Below are positions 37,162-62,393 of a stretch of DNA of 64,000 bases, one piece after another. How positions within the stretch are numbered: position 1 is the stretch's first letter; every line of letters begins with the position of its first letter. The DNA is from Hormiphora californensis (lineage: Eukaryota; Animalia; Ctenophora): the NCBI GenBank assembly GCA_020137815.1, contig CM035357.1:4898001-4962000 (forward strand), given 5' to 3'. Under the pieces are notes generated by a model. It searched no databases, was not told the DNA's origin, and saw only the letters and a list, made by a program, of their open reading frames with translations. The position numbers were made by a program, and so were the translations under genes.

Positions 37162-39300
37162 TCAGGGAAAATTAAACCCATCAGGCTCAAAATTAACCTC
37201 CAACTGAACAGAATTATAACCATCGAAAGCACTCCCACCACCTGGTGTAGCCCCCTCGAACTGTGACCCGGCACCTGCACTACTGGGTTGCCGTGAGCTG
37301 TACTGGTAAGTATACCCGGAAGAGCCCGCAGGGGTATTAGGTGCTAGAGTTTCAGTGAAAGCTGTAGGACGTGGGGTTGATGGCTGTGTTGGGACGATAA
37401 TTCCCGCATCTCTCCCGGCTGACTCTAGGATATCAATCGGCTGCTGTAGGGAAGGTGTAGCAGTATCGGCCGATTTGGGATCTTCAATTATGGTAGCTGT
37501 GCCCTCACCCCCACAAACCTCAACATCCCCGTCTTCGTCTGGATTTGCTGGGGCTATTACAGTAGCATGGATTTTGTGCCTGTTTCTTCTCGCCGCTTTG
37601 AACTCCACCATCGCCTTGGCGTACTCCTTCTTCTGTTCAATAGCTTTGTTCTCGTAAAAACTCCTCTCTTCGTCATTCACAGTCTTCCACAGCTTACCTC
37701 CAGCTTTGGCTAGATCGGGCATGGAAATACTGGGATTAGACTTGATAATCCTGTCTCTCATGTCCAAAAACCACAGGAAATATGCGCCCATGGGGAGTTT
37801 AGGTCGGTCTGGATTGGGACCTTTCTTGTTCCTTTTCCAAAAACCTCCTTTCCGTTGAGGTACTACCTTCTCCACGGTGTGTTTGAAGTGAGTCAACTTA
37901 TGCCGTTTGGCGTTGTTGTAGCTGGCAAACTTCTTCCCACAAACGTTACACGCATGCGGTTTTATTCCCAAGTGCTTCCTACGGTGATTAACATACGCTT
38001 TCCGATTATTGAATCCTTTGTTGCACTGGCAACATCGGAACGGTTGAATTCCCTGATGCACTAGTTTGTGGCTGGCGAGGGCCCCGGGCTCTGAGAACCC
38101 CCTCGGTGGATCACAGATGGTACACACGTGCTCCCATATGCCGCTGTGGATGCGCTGGTGGCGGCGAAGTGAAGCGAGCCGGGTAAAATCACGATCACAC
38201 TCTGCACACTTGTACGACTGGAAGTTACCCGTGTGAGATACAGCGACATGTCGGGCGAGACTTTCTCTTTGTTTGAACTCTTTCGCACAATACGAACAGC
38301 TAAACAGTTTCTCGGTTGAGTGTGTGGCAACGTGTCGTCTGAGGTTTTCAATTCGGTTGAATTCCTTATCGCACATTTCACAGGAAAACAGTTTTTCAGG
38401 CTTGTGTGTGGCAGCGTGCCGTTTAAGATCGAACCTTCTGGTAAAGGACTTGTCGCATTGTGTACACGGGAAACTACCGAATTTCTTACCGTGACACACC
38501 TTCTCGTGCCGGATAAGATCACCAGGACGTTTACAAATCTTAAAACATGTCTTACACGTACAGTCTTCTTCATCTTTCTCCTTCACAACTTCAATCTCAT
38601 CCTCCTCCTCTGGGGGTTCTGGGGCTGGTCCAGGTTGGGGTGTGATGGCAGCAGGCGTTACAACTTCTGATCCTGCCAACACTTCCGCTGGAATCTCTGA
38701 AGAAGAAGCTAAGACTGCTGGAGGCTGTGGTTCAATCTGGGGCAGGTGCTGCCGGTACTTTGGTTGCTTCATGCATACGGGACAGAATTTAGGGCACGCC
38801 ACCAAACAGGGAACACAAACAATGTGACCACATCTAGAATCTTGTACCACCCGTTCGTTCACCAGTTTAGACCGGCCACAATTCATCATGCACGTTTTAG
38901 GATCGGAAGCCTTATATCTTTTGGAAGGGATCACGGCAGGTCTAATTGCAGAGAGTCCAGACTGATTTATTGTTTGGGCTATGTGCTGGAGATTGCTGTT
39001 GGTAAGGCTGATCGTGGCGGGTGTGGTTGATTCAAGGACGGAGTAATGATTTGTTAAACTTGTTACGTCAACCTCTGGTTCGTTTCGAGGTACCGTGGCT
39101 TGGGTAAGGTACCGTCCAGTCGCGAGAGGACTATATATCCTAGTTTGTTGATGAGGTGCAGATGTGGTTATTGCACTTCCGAGTGCAATGGGTGTTTGGG
39201 TAGGAAGATACACTCTGGAGCCGTTTTCCAAGGTTGCCTCCACGTAGAGTCGCGTGTAGTAGCCTGATGGTACTGAAACGGGAGTGCCATACCCAGGCAT
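37162..39300 (-). CDS. RING-like + 8 C2H2 zinc fingers + HMG-box protein (712 aa, single coding exon)
   Basis: RING-like CMMNC...CGHIVCVPC...CPVC; eight C-x2-C...H-x3/4-H fingers from CKTC to HKLTH; HMG box PDRPKLPMGAYFLWFLDMRDRIIKSNPSISMPDLAKAGGKLWKTVNDEERSFYENKAIEQKKEYAKAMVEF. Confidence 0.9.
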   Translation of the reverse strand: MPGYGTPVSVPSGYYTRLYVEATLENGSRVYLPTQTPIALGSAITTSAPHQQTRIYSPLATGRYLTQATVPRNEPEVDVTSLTNHYSVLESTTPATISLTNSNLQHIAQTINQSGLSAIRPAVIPSKRYKASDPKTCMMNCGRSKLVNERVVQDSRCGHIVCVPCLVACPKFCPVCMKQPKYRQHLPQIEPQPPAVLASSSEIPAEVLAGSEVVTPAAITPQPGPAPEPPEEEDEIEVVKEKDEEDCTCKTCFKICKRPGDLIRHEKVCHGKKFGSFPCTQCDKSFTRRFDLKRHAATHKPEKLFSCEMCDKEFNRIENLRRHVATHSTEKLFSCSYCAKEFKQRESLARHVAVSHTGNFQSYKCAECDRDFTRLASLRRHQRIHSGIWEHVCTICDPPRGFSEPGALASHKLVHQGIQPFRCCQCNKGFNNRKAYVNHRRKHLGIKPHACNVCGKKFASYNNAKRHKLTHFKHTVEKVVPQRKGGFWKRNKKGPNPDRPKLPMGAYFLWFLDMRDRIIKSNPSISMPDLAKAGGKLWKTVNDEERSFYENKAIEQKKEYAKAMVEFKAARRNRHKIHATVIAPANPDEDGDVEVCGGEGTATIIEDPKSADTATPSLQQPIDILESAGRDAGIIVPTQPSTPRPTAFTETLAPNTPAGSSGYTYQYSSRQPSSAGAGSQFEGATPGGGSAFDGYNSVQLEVNFEPDGFNFP

Positions 39301-39886
39301 TTTCGCCCCGGTACCTGCTAAAAATAGAAAAATGTCATGTTTATTGACGTAACTTCGGTAGTAAATAGTGAAAACTCAGAAAAATTTTGAAAACCTAAAC
39401 TGAGTGGCCGTTCAGTTGCTACAGAGGACTAAAACGGTTGAAAATTGGCCTATGCTACAGGCCCTACAGGCCCTAGAAGCCGTGGAAAACGCGCGCACTT
39501 GGGGTCTGCAGCGCATGCCAAGGTTGAAAATCGAAAATTTTTCAAAAAAACTCTGCAGATTTTGAACTTTGAGTTTTGGAAAATTCACTTTGAAATGAGT
39601 TTTCATTTTAAGTCGCGCGCTCAATGCGCGTGTTTAACTAGTTTTTGCGCGCAACGAAGTAAAGTTTCATGCGCGTTTTGTGTTTCGAGGTCAAATAACT
39701 TTGCGACGATTGTCATGTGACCCACTTCGAAAGCACATGGCGAGATTTTACCGTAGCAACCCTCGTCAGACAACATGTAATTTGCTAAAACACAATAGTG
39801 TTTGTATGTTAGTATGCAGATCTTTGTAAGCACGCGAAGTTTACTGTAGCAAGCGTCTAGTTAAAAACGATTCATGGTACTTCGGG
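39301..39886. promoter_or_regulatory. Probable bidirectional promoter between the ZnF-HMG gene and DYRK2
   Basis: Head-to-head start codons 586 bp apart, with a cluster of CGCGC motifs (AACGCGCGC, GTCGCGCGC, TTTTGCGCGC). Positional inference only. Confidence 0.4.
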
Positions 39887-46128
<6,242 letters not shown>

Positions 46129-47626
46129 CGTTGGGTGAGACAATTGGGTTCGAGCTAGCCCACACTAACAGTAACCAGTCAAAGATCTTGGCCCAAAGTG
46201 TGTCAGTGAGATGAATCGGGATTCGAGAGAATGGTTTATATCCCAGAAAGAGAGATGTTGTGATGAAATTTGTTCCACGTTCAGTTGTTTTTATTTAAAT
46301 CCAAAATTAGTGAGATGAATTGTCCTATTGATCGTCGAGAGATATATGTTCATTTACATTTGAAAGAGTTGTCATAAGATACTGAGAGAGTGGGCGGGAA
46401 ATAGTTATTCCAGAATCTATTTCCCCAATACAGGTTAGGTAAAGAGTTATTATCGATGTATGATTATGTAAAAAGACAGAAGTTTAATCTGTTAGTAATT
46501 TGTCCTCTGTAAATAATTAAACACACCTTGTACTGTAAGTCGACAGATTAAACTCCCTCGATCGAGAGAGAGAGAAAGAGAGAGAAAATAGACCATCCCG
46601 TTTTATTCCATAATATTTGTGGTGCGTATCTTGGGACACAATGGTATACCCTCGCCTTTTCACCAAACCCTCCATCACTCCTGAGAGATTTGTTGAAGGG
46701 TCGGGTGGAGACAACGCTACCTTTGTGTTTCGAGATACGCTGCCCACTATCATCTAAACACCATCTATCAATCTGGGTCATTTGTTATGCTTTTGTACAG
46801 GGAAACCGAACATTCAAAAACTGTTAATATTAAATTCTTTTCACACAATTCGAGGCGGAGAGATAGAAAGATAGATAGAGATGTGAGTATTTTTATCCCC
46901 CTTAGCGTGGTGTCAAGAAATAGAGTGTGCAAAGTGTTGTGGTCGGGTCGAGTCTCTCTGTTAGCTCACATTTTGATTTAGAGAGAATTAGAGAAAATAT
47001 AAACCAGTGGTAGGCAGAGAAAATAGATGGGTGTCCGAGTGTGCCATGGGGGTGTTCTGGATGATTGGGCCATTTTTTGGTATCCGCCTGGTACCTGCAA
47101 TATTTTACCATCGAGAGAGAGAGTTTTTGTGTCACATTTTGATTTGAAACAAATAGAGTTAGAGAAAGTGGTAGATTGATATCGATGTAATAATATGCAG
47201 TCTCATAGATTTTAGCTCAACTGTGTGTGGAGTAATTTAATAAGATATACTGATTATTTTTATATCAGTTTTAATTTGTTTCATTTCTTTAAGTGTAAAA
47301 CTCCTTGTGTTTCTTTTCTCGAATTTTATAAAACTAATACTTTTCATTGTGTACAGTATAGCTAGGGTAACTTACTAATTAAGTTAAGTGTGTGCATGTG
47401 CTAAGAATTGCAATTGGGGAGGAGAGAAAACGGTTGGAAAGAGTCAAGAAAGAAGTAGCACCCGCAGAAGTGAGAAAGGGAGAGAGATAGGGTCACGTGA
47501 TTGGAATGTACAGCCGGTGAGTTGCGTGTCTGCGACCGGAAACTAGAACCATCTTTGGTAAATTTAGATGCGAATTACACCGCCCTGCGTTCAAACTATG
47601 GCTCTGCTTTTTCTCTCTATGACTCA

Positions 47627-47660
<34 letters not shown>

Positions 47661-47926
47661 ATGACTCACTTTCTCTCTCTTTCTCTCTATTTTTCCTTAT
47701 ATCTGCGTGACGCAGTGCGTCAAAGGGGATAATCAAACACTTAGGCAGGGCAAAGACAGGTTATAAGTTTAGCTCTGACAAGGGACACGGCTTGAAGTTG
47801 AAAAGGGTGTGTGATGAGAGGCCTGTAGCATATTACACATATTGTGAACCGCATAGTTTGGCCATATTTTAGCCGCAGTGCTACTGCAGTCGTTCACATG
47901 GTGTAGAAAAACAAACAAACAAGGTC

Positions 47927-48406
47927 ATGGGCACCCAGCACGATATTCTCTCTCACGATTATTTAGTTGTGACTATCATCACTCAGTGCTTTATGGCTGG
48001 TATTTCCATTGACGGGAGTTCCCTCTACACTCGCCGTCAGACATTTCCCGATTGGACTATAATCATACCCATTCTTGGATTTACTGTAGTCATTCTCTGG
48101 TTTGGTGTTTTTGTTGTCTTCCATATTCTCCCTGGAGTCTGGTTCTCGGCGGTTCAGCGGGAGCGGGAGCGAGCACGGGAGTTTTGGGCCGCCCGGAGAC
48201 TGGAGATTCTCGGTCCAGAAGGGGTTCAAGAGAGTAATGAAGTTGTGGAGAGAGTGCCTTATAGACTGATCAGCGGGGAGGCATATCATCTGAATTCGGA
48301 GGAAAGGGCAGGCCATGAGAGGGGTCCAGAGCAGGGTTTGTGGGCTGTGGAAGAGAGAGTGTCAGTTGAAGAGGAACCGGCTGAACAAGAGAGGGAGGGA
48401 TTGTAA
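47927..48406 (+). CDS. Hypothetical single-pass membrane protein
   Basis: 159-aa ORF (probable start at MAGISID) with hydrophobic WTIIIPILGFTVVILWFGVFVVFHIL and an acidic tail. No family recognised; it may continue past a frameshift. Confidence 0.45.
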   Translation: MGTQHDILSHDYLVVTIITQCFMAGISIDGSSLYTRRQTFPDWTIIIPILGFTVVILWFGVFVVFHILPGVWFSAVQRERERAREFWAARRLEILGPEGVQESNEVVERVPYRLISGEAYHLNSEERAGHERGPEQGLWAVEERVSVEEEPAEQEREGL

Positions 48407-48604
48407 CTATTTTAAAGAGGGAGCTCAAAGAACATTTGTCAAAGAGAATGATTCTATTTTCAGAGCCGGGAGCGGATTTACTTGTGGGATTTGTCGATTT
48501 GTATGCCTGTACCATTTGCTTTTCAAGCAAAAGAGCTGCGTGTGTGGTCTCCTATAAAAGCTTAGGTAGTGTGTTTGTTCATCCTGATATATAGCAACCA
48601 ACAC

Positions 48605-48670
<66 letters not shown>

Positions 48671-48792
48671 ATCCTCACTTCGTCTTCACGTAACCATAGG
48701 AACCAAAGCTGTGGGGGGCAATACTTTCATTAGAGATCGACTGAGGGAGAATGTGTGAGTGTGTTCGATGAGAGAGAAGGAGAAAGCAAGAG

Positions 48793-48867
<75 letters not shown>

Positions 48868-48888
48868 GGAGAGAGAGAGAGAGAGAAG

Positions 48889-48944
<56 letters not shown>

Positions 48945-49330
48945 AGTGGGGTGTATGGCTCCCCCAGCAGCACTGTATTTATGTGTGCTTGCATGTGCAG
49001 GTGGTCGTCACGTGGTGAATGAGAAATATCAGCTTTTAGAAGAGAAGGATAGATAGAACAGAGAGAGATAGAAGAGAGATAGAGAAAGATGAGAGATAGA
49101 GAGAGGAGGAGGAGAGGTAGAGATAGAGGAGGAGAGGTAGAGAGAGAATATGGTGGCGACTACACGAATCTACGTCTGGAGCTGAGTACCTATAGTGTGC
49201 AAGTTGATTCTGGAAGAAAACTTAAAACCCAGCCCGCAGTCCGCACTGATCCGTTTGTGTGTGCGGGTTTACGTGATGAAAGAGATTACCATGGTTACCA
49301 TTTACTTTTCATCATTGCGGGAGGATGAGA

Positions 49331-49422
<92 letters not shown>

Positions 49423-50590
49423 GCTGGGGCATTTAGTTACTGATAAAAGATGGGGGCCACCTGGAGGAGAATGAGTAGGGTCACAAGATGACGAGCTCTC
49501 TACATTGACACTCTAAACCGCATCATCTATCTTCTTCTCTAATCTTTCTAAAACTATTCTCAATATTCATTGTTCATTCTTGTTTCCGTGTTGGAGCTCT
49601 CCAATTTTCTTCATCTCCTCTAATAAAATACATGCGTCATCTGCTTAATTCGGCATGTCCTATATATGTGAATGCATAATGTTATTGATGGCCTATTTAA
49701 ATGCAAGGAAATATGAGTGTGAGAGGAAAAATAGAAGGAAGAGAGTGGAGAGAAAGAGAGGGCGGTTCCGTGTGTGTTGGGCGGTGGTTAATTAAACTCA
49801 TCATGCCTTCTCTCATCTCCTAATTCAGTCATATTTCCTCTCATCCTTTCCCCACTTTGTCTCTCGTTAGTTTGTTTCGTGACTGAAGTCATATTGTGCG
49901 GAGAGAGATATTTGTCAAAGCAATTCTATTTTATTTCGAAATATTATCATTTCCACTCAAATGACGCATGTTTTTTTCAATATTTTACACGCCCACATGA
50001 CATGTGCATCAACTCATGATCATATCGATGACGAACTTATGATACTAAATCAGAAAGGGCGTCAATGTGTATCACCGGCTCATTGAAAGGCCACCTGAGA
50101 GAAATTCCGATTAAGCGATTTCAGTAATGTCACATAGTATAGAGACATTGCTTGCAATAACGCACGGTGATGCAAATGGCAAGCAGGGTAAGTCCCCTCC
50201 CCCGGATCTTGACACCATATCATCACGCAAGCTCCAAAACGCGATGTATGGGTGGCCCACACCGTGTCTCACTCTCCCGTTGATAGGTTGCGTCGCGCGC
50301 AAGAACGTTCTCAGGATTAAAGCACAAATTTTAGCATCTTGTGTTCCTTTCCGCGCAGCTAGCAACTCGATCTCTGAGGTTCAGAAAAGGGAACCTAGAA
50401 ACCCACATAGCACTTCCTTAGTAACGCCCATAGTAACCAGCCATTGGCAGTCCGCCAACTAATTAAAAGGGCTTAGTTAAGAAGGGAAAGAAAAACAAAA
50501 CGTCAACCGGATACATCAAACATTCAAAAATAGATCGGATATTCCCTTGAAATTCAATCTCTGACACAAGCATAAATTAGTTCAAACATT

Positions 50591-53162
<2,572 letters not shown>

Positions 53163-53193
53163 AACTATAGAGGAAGAAATGATTGGTTGAGAG

Positions 53194-53281
<88 letters not shown>

Positions 53282-53540
53282 GAGAAATGAGGGTGTGCGG
53301 GGGCGTTAGTAGGAAGGCTACGAGACAGGTCTTTATATTACACACGACTCAATTTCTTTATGGCTACAATACAAAACTTAGGGTGACAAATCTAGATCAC
53401 AACTCTCTAAGCTAATAATGCATGGACAACAGTAATAATTTAGCGCATTGTTTATTTTCTTATTTCCTCTTTTCAATGAGAAATCTCCTGCATGGAAGAA
53501 TGATCTCCATCCAGCAGATATATCTCAGATATAACCAGCT

Positions 53541-54104
53541 CTAAAGGTTTCGGAAGAGTCGAGGGTTATCACCGTAGTGGGTACCCTCAGGCAGGGCAGG
53601 GGGCTGGATGTTACCGGCACCAACCCATGTTCCAGTCCTCCAGAAGTACTCCCACTTGTCAAAGAACACCTTTTCGTTCTCCTGGGAAAGGGGAATATTA
53701 TAAATTTTAGGGGAGCGGGGGGGGGGGGGGGGGGTCATGGCTGTAAAATCGATATTTATGAGGAAATCATGTTGTTCTTTGAAGAAGGAGTGTGATTTGC
53801 AACGCGAGTATGTAAGTGAGAACTTTTCGAGTTATTTCTCGGAGTATAAACCTGAGTGAAAGGGGGTTGAGGAATTATATCTTTATAACTCACCTTGATC
53901 CTTTCGACCCTGGCCTGATGGATCAAAGTTGGCCCACCACGCTCGGTGACGGTAGTGCAGCTTAGTACACGTAGAAGTAGGCAAAGGCACTTGCACCAAC
54001 GGTGGCAACAGGCCCCAGCGAGGCTCAGGGCCTTGATGAGTGCCCGTTGATGCTTGTCCCTTAATTGAGGAAGGACGGGGGATCCTATTTGCAACCTCAG
54101 ACAT
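53541..54104 (-). CDS. Cytochrome c oxidase subunit 6C-like protein (exons 54104-53894, 53681-53541)
   Basis: Removing four single bases (~54079, 54010, 53964, 53918) gives MSEVANRIPVLPQLRDKHQRALIKALSLAGAVATVGASAFAYFYVYKLHYRHRAWWANFDPQARVERIK, a COX6C-like PQLR..H / TM / aromatic-x-x-F/Y-D...ERxK pattern. It is then in phase with exon 2 (ENEKVFFDKWEYFWRTG...). Confidence 0.55.
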
Positions 54105-54244
54105 ATTGTACGCTAGGAGAATTGAGTGTGTCATAGTGGGGGATCCAGAATTAGAAGTTAGGGATTTTGAAGGGGGTCATTATATGATTTGTAGCAGTTG
54201 ACTAAAACTTGATATCCCGTAAATTTCAAAACAACAATATATTA

Positions 54245-55173
54245 GGGCGTTTCAGAAATAACTTCGCTTCGCTATATTTTGGTATCTATGATAGATAGAG
54301 ACTTCTACCCAGTTTTATCTTGTTCAATGGACGATTCTCTTCCTGAGAACGTGTTCTGAATAGTTTACGGCAATCTTAAGTACCCAAAATTTGGTGCTAT
54401 GATACCGGAAGTCATGTTGCCGCTGAATGGGCTACCCAGAGTTTTTCAAACGCCGCTGGAGAAGAGCCGGTACAGATGTTTGACATTTTACAGTGCTCAA
54501 TCGATAGCCCATCGTCTAAGGATGAGATATATATATGCATATATATGCAATTTTGGTCTCGACGCGTTGCCCAAAAACCTCTTGGACAGTAAATGTAACA
54601 CAAAAAGTCAAAAAAATGCAAAATTTCACCTCAATTTTTGGCTTGTTTTGGGGGTATGTTCGAAAATGTCAATTATTTACTTTTATATGTCAACAAATCA
54701 AATAATTGGCTTGACTATGTCATAGAACTTCCTTAGAGCTATCTTTTGCTGCAAAGTTTTTGATTATGAGCTACTCATATAAAAGGTGAAGGGACCCGGA
54801 AGTGAAACTTTCCACTTTTTACCGAATTTTTTTGGAGGCCGATTGCTCAGCCGCAAAGAAAGCTAGGATCTTCTATTACATCTTAAACGATAGATAATTG
54901 TCTAATGAACAAGCTTGATGCAATAAAACATCCCACAGATTCAATTTTCAAGAAGTACAGTAGTTTCAGTACTATGCGCGTTTTTCCCGTTCAGCGGCAA
55001 TTTGACTTAAAGGTGTTTCCGGGTTCGCTGAGAGCCACCCCTGATCAAAAATTTCAAAATAACTACGGTTGTGACTAGTCAAGACTTCAAATAACACGCT
55101 ACAAAAGTGTAGATGTGGATATCTTCAATATTTTTTGAAAATATTGGGATACGAAGTTATTTCTGAAACGCCC
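54245..55173. mobile_element. Non-autonomous TIR DNA element, AT-rich target
   Basis: TA|GGGCGTTTCAGAAATAACTTCG ... CGAAGTTATTTCTGAAACGCCC|TA. The flanks are themselves inverted-symmetric AT, so TSD length (TA vs ATAT) is ambiguous. Confidence 0.8.
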
Positions 55174-55216
55174 TAATATATTTCAAAACATCAAAACGGA
55201 TCAAGACATCCCGTAA

Positions 55217-58200
55217 CTAAAACTTCAACATTCTATTCTCAGCCCAGGTGGGAGCGACCACCCTCTCCCTTTCAACTGTCCTAACAGTTATGTACTGATC
55301 ATCTACCAGGTCTACCTTGTACAACTCCCGTAACTCCATCACCGCTCTCTCCTCGATCTGAATAATCTCAAGGGGCCGCCGGAATGCTTTCCCGGGACTG
55401 ACACCCTTTTTGTTGCTCTCCTCAGCCATGATTGAGGCCAGACTTTGAACAGGGGCAGCGTGTGCCCCAAAATCATGGATCTCTGATTTACCAGACCTGA
55501 TTGGTTGTGGGTTGACTGGTGGTGATATCCGGTGGTTAAATTTTGGTCGAGATGAGGGGGCTCTCTCCTCCTCTTTCATAATGTCACGTAAAGATGGAGC
55601 GCCTGGTCCAATATTTTTGTTACCCCACTGTAAGCTTTGTTTTACTCTCCTCTCCTCTGCCAGCTTTTCCCGTGCTACTTTTGCTTCTACTGCTCTCTTA
55701 GCTTCACGTGCAGTAGATGAGATCTTCTCCCTACGTCTCGCGGCCACCTCTTCTTCTTTCATAATGGAGGATAGAGAAGGAGATGACGATTCAACACCCC
55801 AAGGATTGGATGGAGGAGGGGAAACTTGTGTTTTTTGTTGGGGTACTACAGGTGGGGTCTTGATGGGACTTTTTTCGAAACTATCCAAAGATACAAATCT
55901 CTTTTTCTTTTTACCTTTCCCCGCTGCAGGAGTAGTTGGAACCGGTGGACTCTCCGTCCACAAGAGGTACCGGAATTTCTGAAACTGATGTATCTTCAGG
56001 AAGACTGACAACTAGTGAAACATCAAGTTCCTCAGTTATTGTAGCCGAGGATGTACTAACCGATCTCTCCATCCCTCTCCTTGCCTCACCACCGCTCTTT
56101 TTCCTTCCTTTTTTCACCACCCTTGGACTAATTATCATATCCACCAGCTCATCCAAAGTCTCAGCCTGCTGAATCCCAGTTTGTGTCGTGGGTGCACCAC
56201 CCAATTTCCTGTCTTGCACATTTCTCCATGTGCACCAGAATCTCTGGGTCCAAATCCAACAACAATCCCCGTTCTAGGTAGTAGGGTAGGTGGGTGAGAA
56301 TAATCTGGATACAAGTTGATCTGAGGTTTGCTAGCTGATAGTCATTTGAAAATGTGAGGAGCGGGAGAAGATTTTCCTCGTCCAGAACCTCAAAAAGGAC
56401 CAACTCGCAGTAGGAACGGAGACCGGGAAGGAGGTAGATATCAGCAACACTGATCAGTTCCTGGATCTCGCTCCAATCACCCTGATATGAGATCACCAGG
56501 CGTTTCATCCCTAGTGATCCAGTTTAGAAGACGCTGCACAGTGAGGGTTGAAGCATCGACAGTTACCCGGTCCAGACTCTGTCCCCACCTACTGTTCAGG
56601 TGGTAATGTGCCCGGAAGTACTCAGATCTTGCTACCAGAATATTCCAAGGGCAGGATGCTGTGTCACCATCTCGAGATACAAACTCACAATCCTCATCCT
56701 CGTCTCCTAGCAACTCTAAATCTTCCGAGAGGGTCTTGTACACCACAGGACGGGGACACTTGTGTTCTGAAACGTTGGTCGTTCGATCGTAGGACACACA
56801 CGCGTGAACAAGTCCGTTACTAGCGATGAAATCACCTCCAATTATTCCAGAAACTGGTTGAGGGATGGATGTTGTGTTGAGTTTGGATGAATAGAGTCGG
56901 CCTGATCTGGATAGTAGCAGCAATGAATCAGGGCCAGTGAAAACTACTTGTTGTATTGGGGGAAGGTTCCAGAGAATCGGCGAGATGATTTTCTTGCCAG
57001 ACAGCTGATAAAGATTACCCAAACTATCCAAAACTACAATCTCCAATCGTCCTTTCTTTGTCTCTGTAACAGCGACACTAGCCAGAGCTGAAAACCGGTG
57101 AAACTCCTTTATAACAACTTTTCTAACAGCGTTATCTTTACAAATCATGACCGTTCCATCTTGGTAACCTGCTACCGTTGCTGTTTCTGACACTGCTACA
57201 GAGATGGGGTTTGGTGGTAGCCGGTAGACGGGACTGGGAACAATATGGTGCAACTCAGGGGAATATGGGTGACCCAACTGACCGTTATTAGCCCCACATG
57301 TCCAAATTTCACCCGCTGAACTAACGAGGACACTGTGATATCGGCCTGCTAGAACTTGTTTAAATGTTGTTTTTAGTTTTAGGCTCACTGGGTATGGTTG
57401 TATGTTCATTGTATCATGTCCCAGGACTCGGTTTGTATTAACACCCCAACTAAACACCTTTCCTGACGAGGAGAGAGCCAGAGAGTGGTCATCTGAACAT
57501 GAAACCTGGATAATGTTCTCCAATCTCTTTATCTTAGTTGGTGTGATCTGCGTTTCTTGAGAATTTCCAAGCCCCAATCTCCCTCCCTCGCCAAAACCAC
57601 ACGTATAGACACTACCATCACCACACAAAAACGCAGTATGAAACTTGCCAATTGCCACACTTTTAACATCCCTCAGTGCTTTAATTTTCCGAGGTATTCG
57701 GGCATTTTCAACGTGGGCCAGATTATAGTTATTGTTAACGCCCCAAGTTAACACATTACAGTTATCGTTAACCATGTTAACCTTCCTCGGATAGGCCAGG
57801 TCGAGTGGAGTGGAGCCATCATTAGCAGGGGTGTGGAGAGAGGCGCCATGTTTTATTAGTGTTACAACAGACCTTATGTTGCCATGTTCTATCGCCTCAT
57901 GTAGGGCGGTATACCCACTTTCACAGTCTGGTAACTCTAGGAAATCAAGGTTGGGTTGGCAAGTTTCAAATAGTTTCACTAGCAGGTCCGCCCTGCCCTC
58001 AGCGGCCAGAAGGTGGGCAATGCGACCACCGGTGGAAGAATTGAAGGCGGACTCGGTGTTAGGTCGCTGCAGCATCTCAAATGCTTACAATGTTCACTCT
58101 CAACAAGTGGGCAGGAGAAGTCCAGGCGCGCGTGCTGTCTCGAAGATAATATTCTGGAAGTCACATCTCTCTGCAGACCCTCTGCTTCTTTCCCAAGATC

Positions 58201-58217
58201 AAGAGGATTTACGCCAT
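55217..58217 (-). CDS. IBTK: Ankyrin + RCC1 + BTB protein, IBTK-like, apparently intronless
   Basis: Ankyrin ESGYTALHEAIEHGN...GSTPLDL; RCC1 repeats (TWGVNNNYNL, KFHTAFL...YTCGFGEGGRLGLG); BTB ILVARSEYFRA...ADIYLLPGLRSYCE; C-terminal SLxxIM-x-EE repeats and IQIEERAVMELRELY. Four ORFs (58075, 56508, 56219, 56011) join by +1 skips. The start at 58217 is inferred. Confidence 0.82.
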
Positions 58218-58329
58218 TTTCCTTGGGGAGGAGAAGGGGCGAGATGAGGGGGGGTGTGAAGGGGAAGAAAGAAACGATAGAGAGAGAATGAAACTCGTCA
58301 TTGTGTTATGTGGTTTGAAATGTGTTGTG

Positions 58330-61798
<3,469 letters not shown>

Positions 61799-62393
61799 CT
61801 TGATTTAGTTCGAGGTTTTAGGGGTTTCAGAGGTTCGAGGGTGGTTATATTCGTTTCACTTTAGTTGCTTGAGTTCACATTCAACGTGCTAATACTTCAT
61901 ATCATAAAATCTAGAGGAGATGATAGGAATGAGGTAGTTTTGGGGAGGGAAAGGGACGAGATGAGGTGATGTGATGTGTTGTTCTAGAACCCTCCTTTAC
62001 ATTTGTAAAAAAGGGGGTTGACCTAGGCAGGACTAGGCAAGACTAGTGATGTGAAGAGGGAGAAAGAAACTCGTCACGATCATTTTAAACAGCGTTTCAA
62101 TTGGTATAAAGCAAAACAAAGCAAAACAAACTTAACAGTATTATAATATATTTATCCACAATTAGTTAATAGTGGCGCTGACAAGCGCCCAATATTTCAG
62201 CGATGAAATAGTTTGAACCTGGTAAAGAAACCCGAGAGAAAGAGAGTCAGGTGTCTCGAAAACATTTTCACTCCTTTTCATACAACAATGAGAGTGCAGA
62301 GTGCTGCAGAACTATGGCATACAGTACAATTATTTGGGGGATTCGGTGAATGGGGAAACGTCCGTGGGCAGCAGAAAGGGTCCAAAAGTGGCT

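Noticed and set aside
50060-50300. Possible snRNA (ACTTACC motif on the minus strand)
   Set aside because: There is no U1 stem-loop or Sm-site architecture. The motif is equally explained as a plus-strand splice donor (CAGG|GTAAGT).
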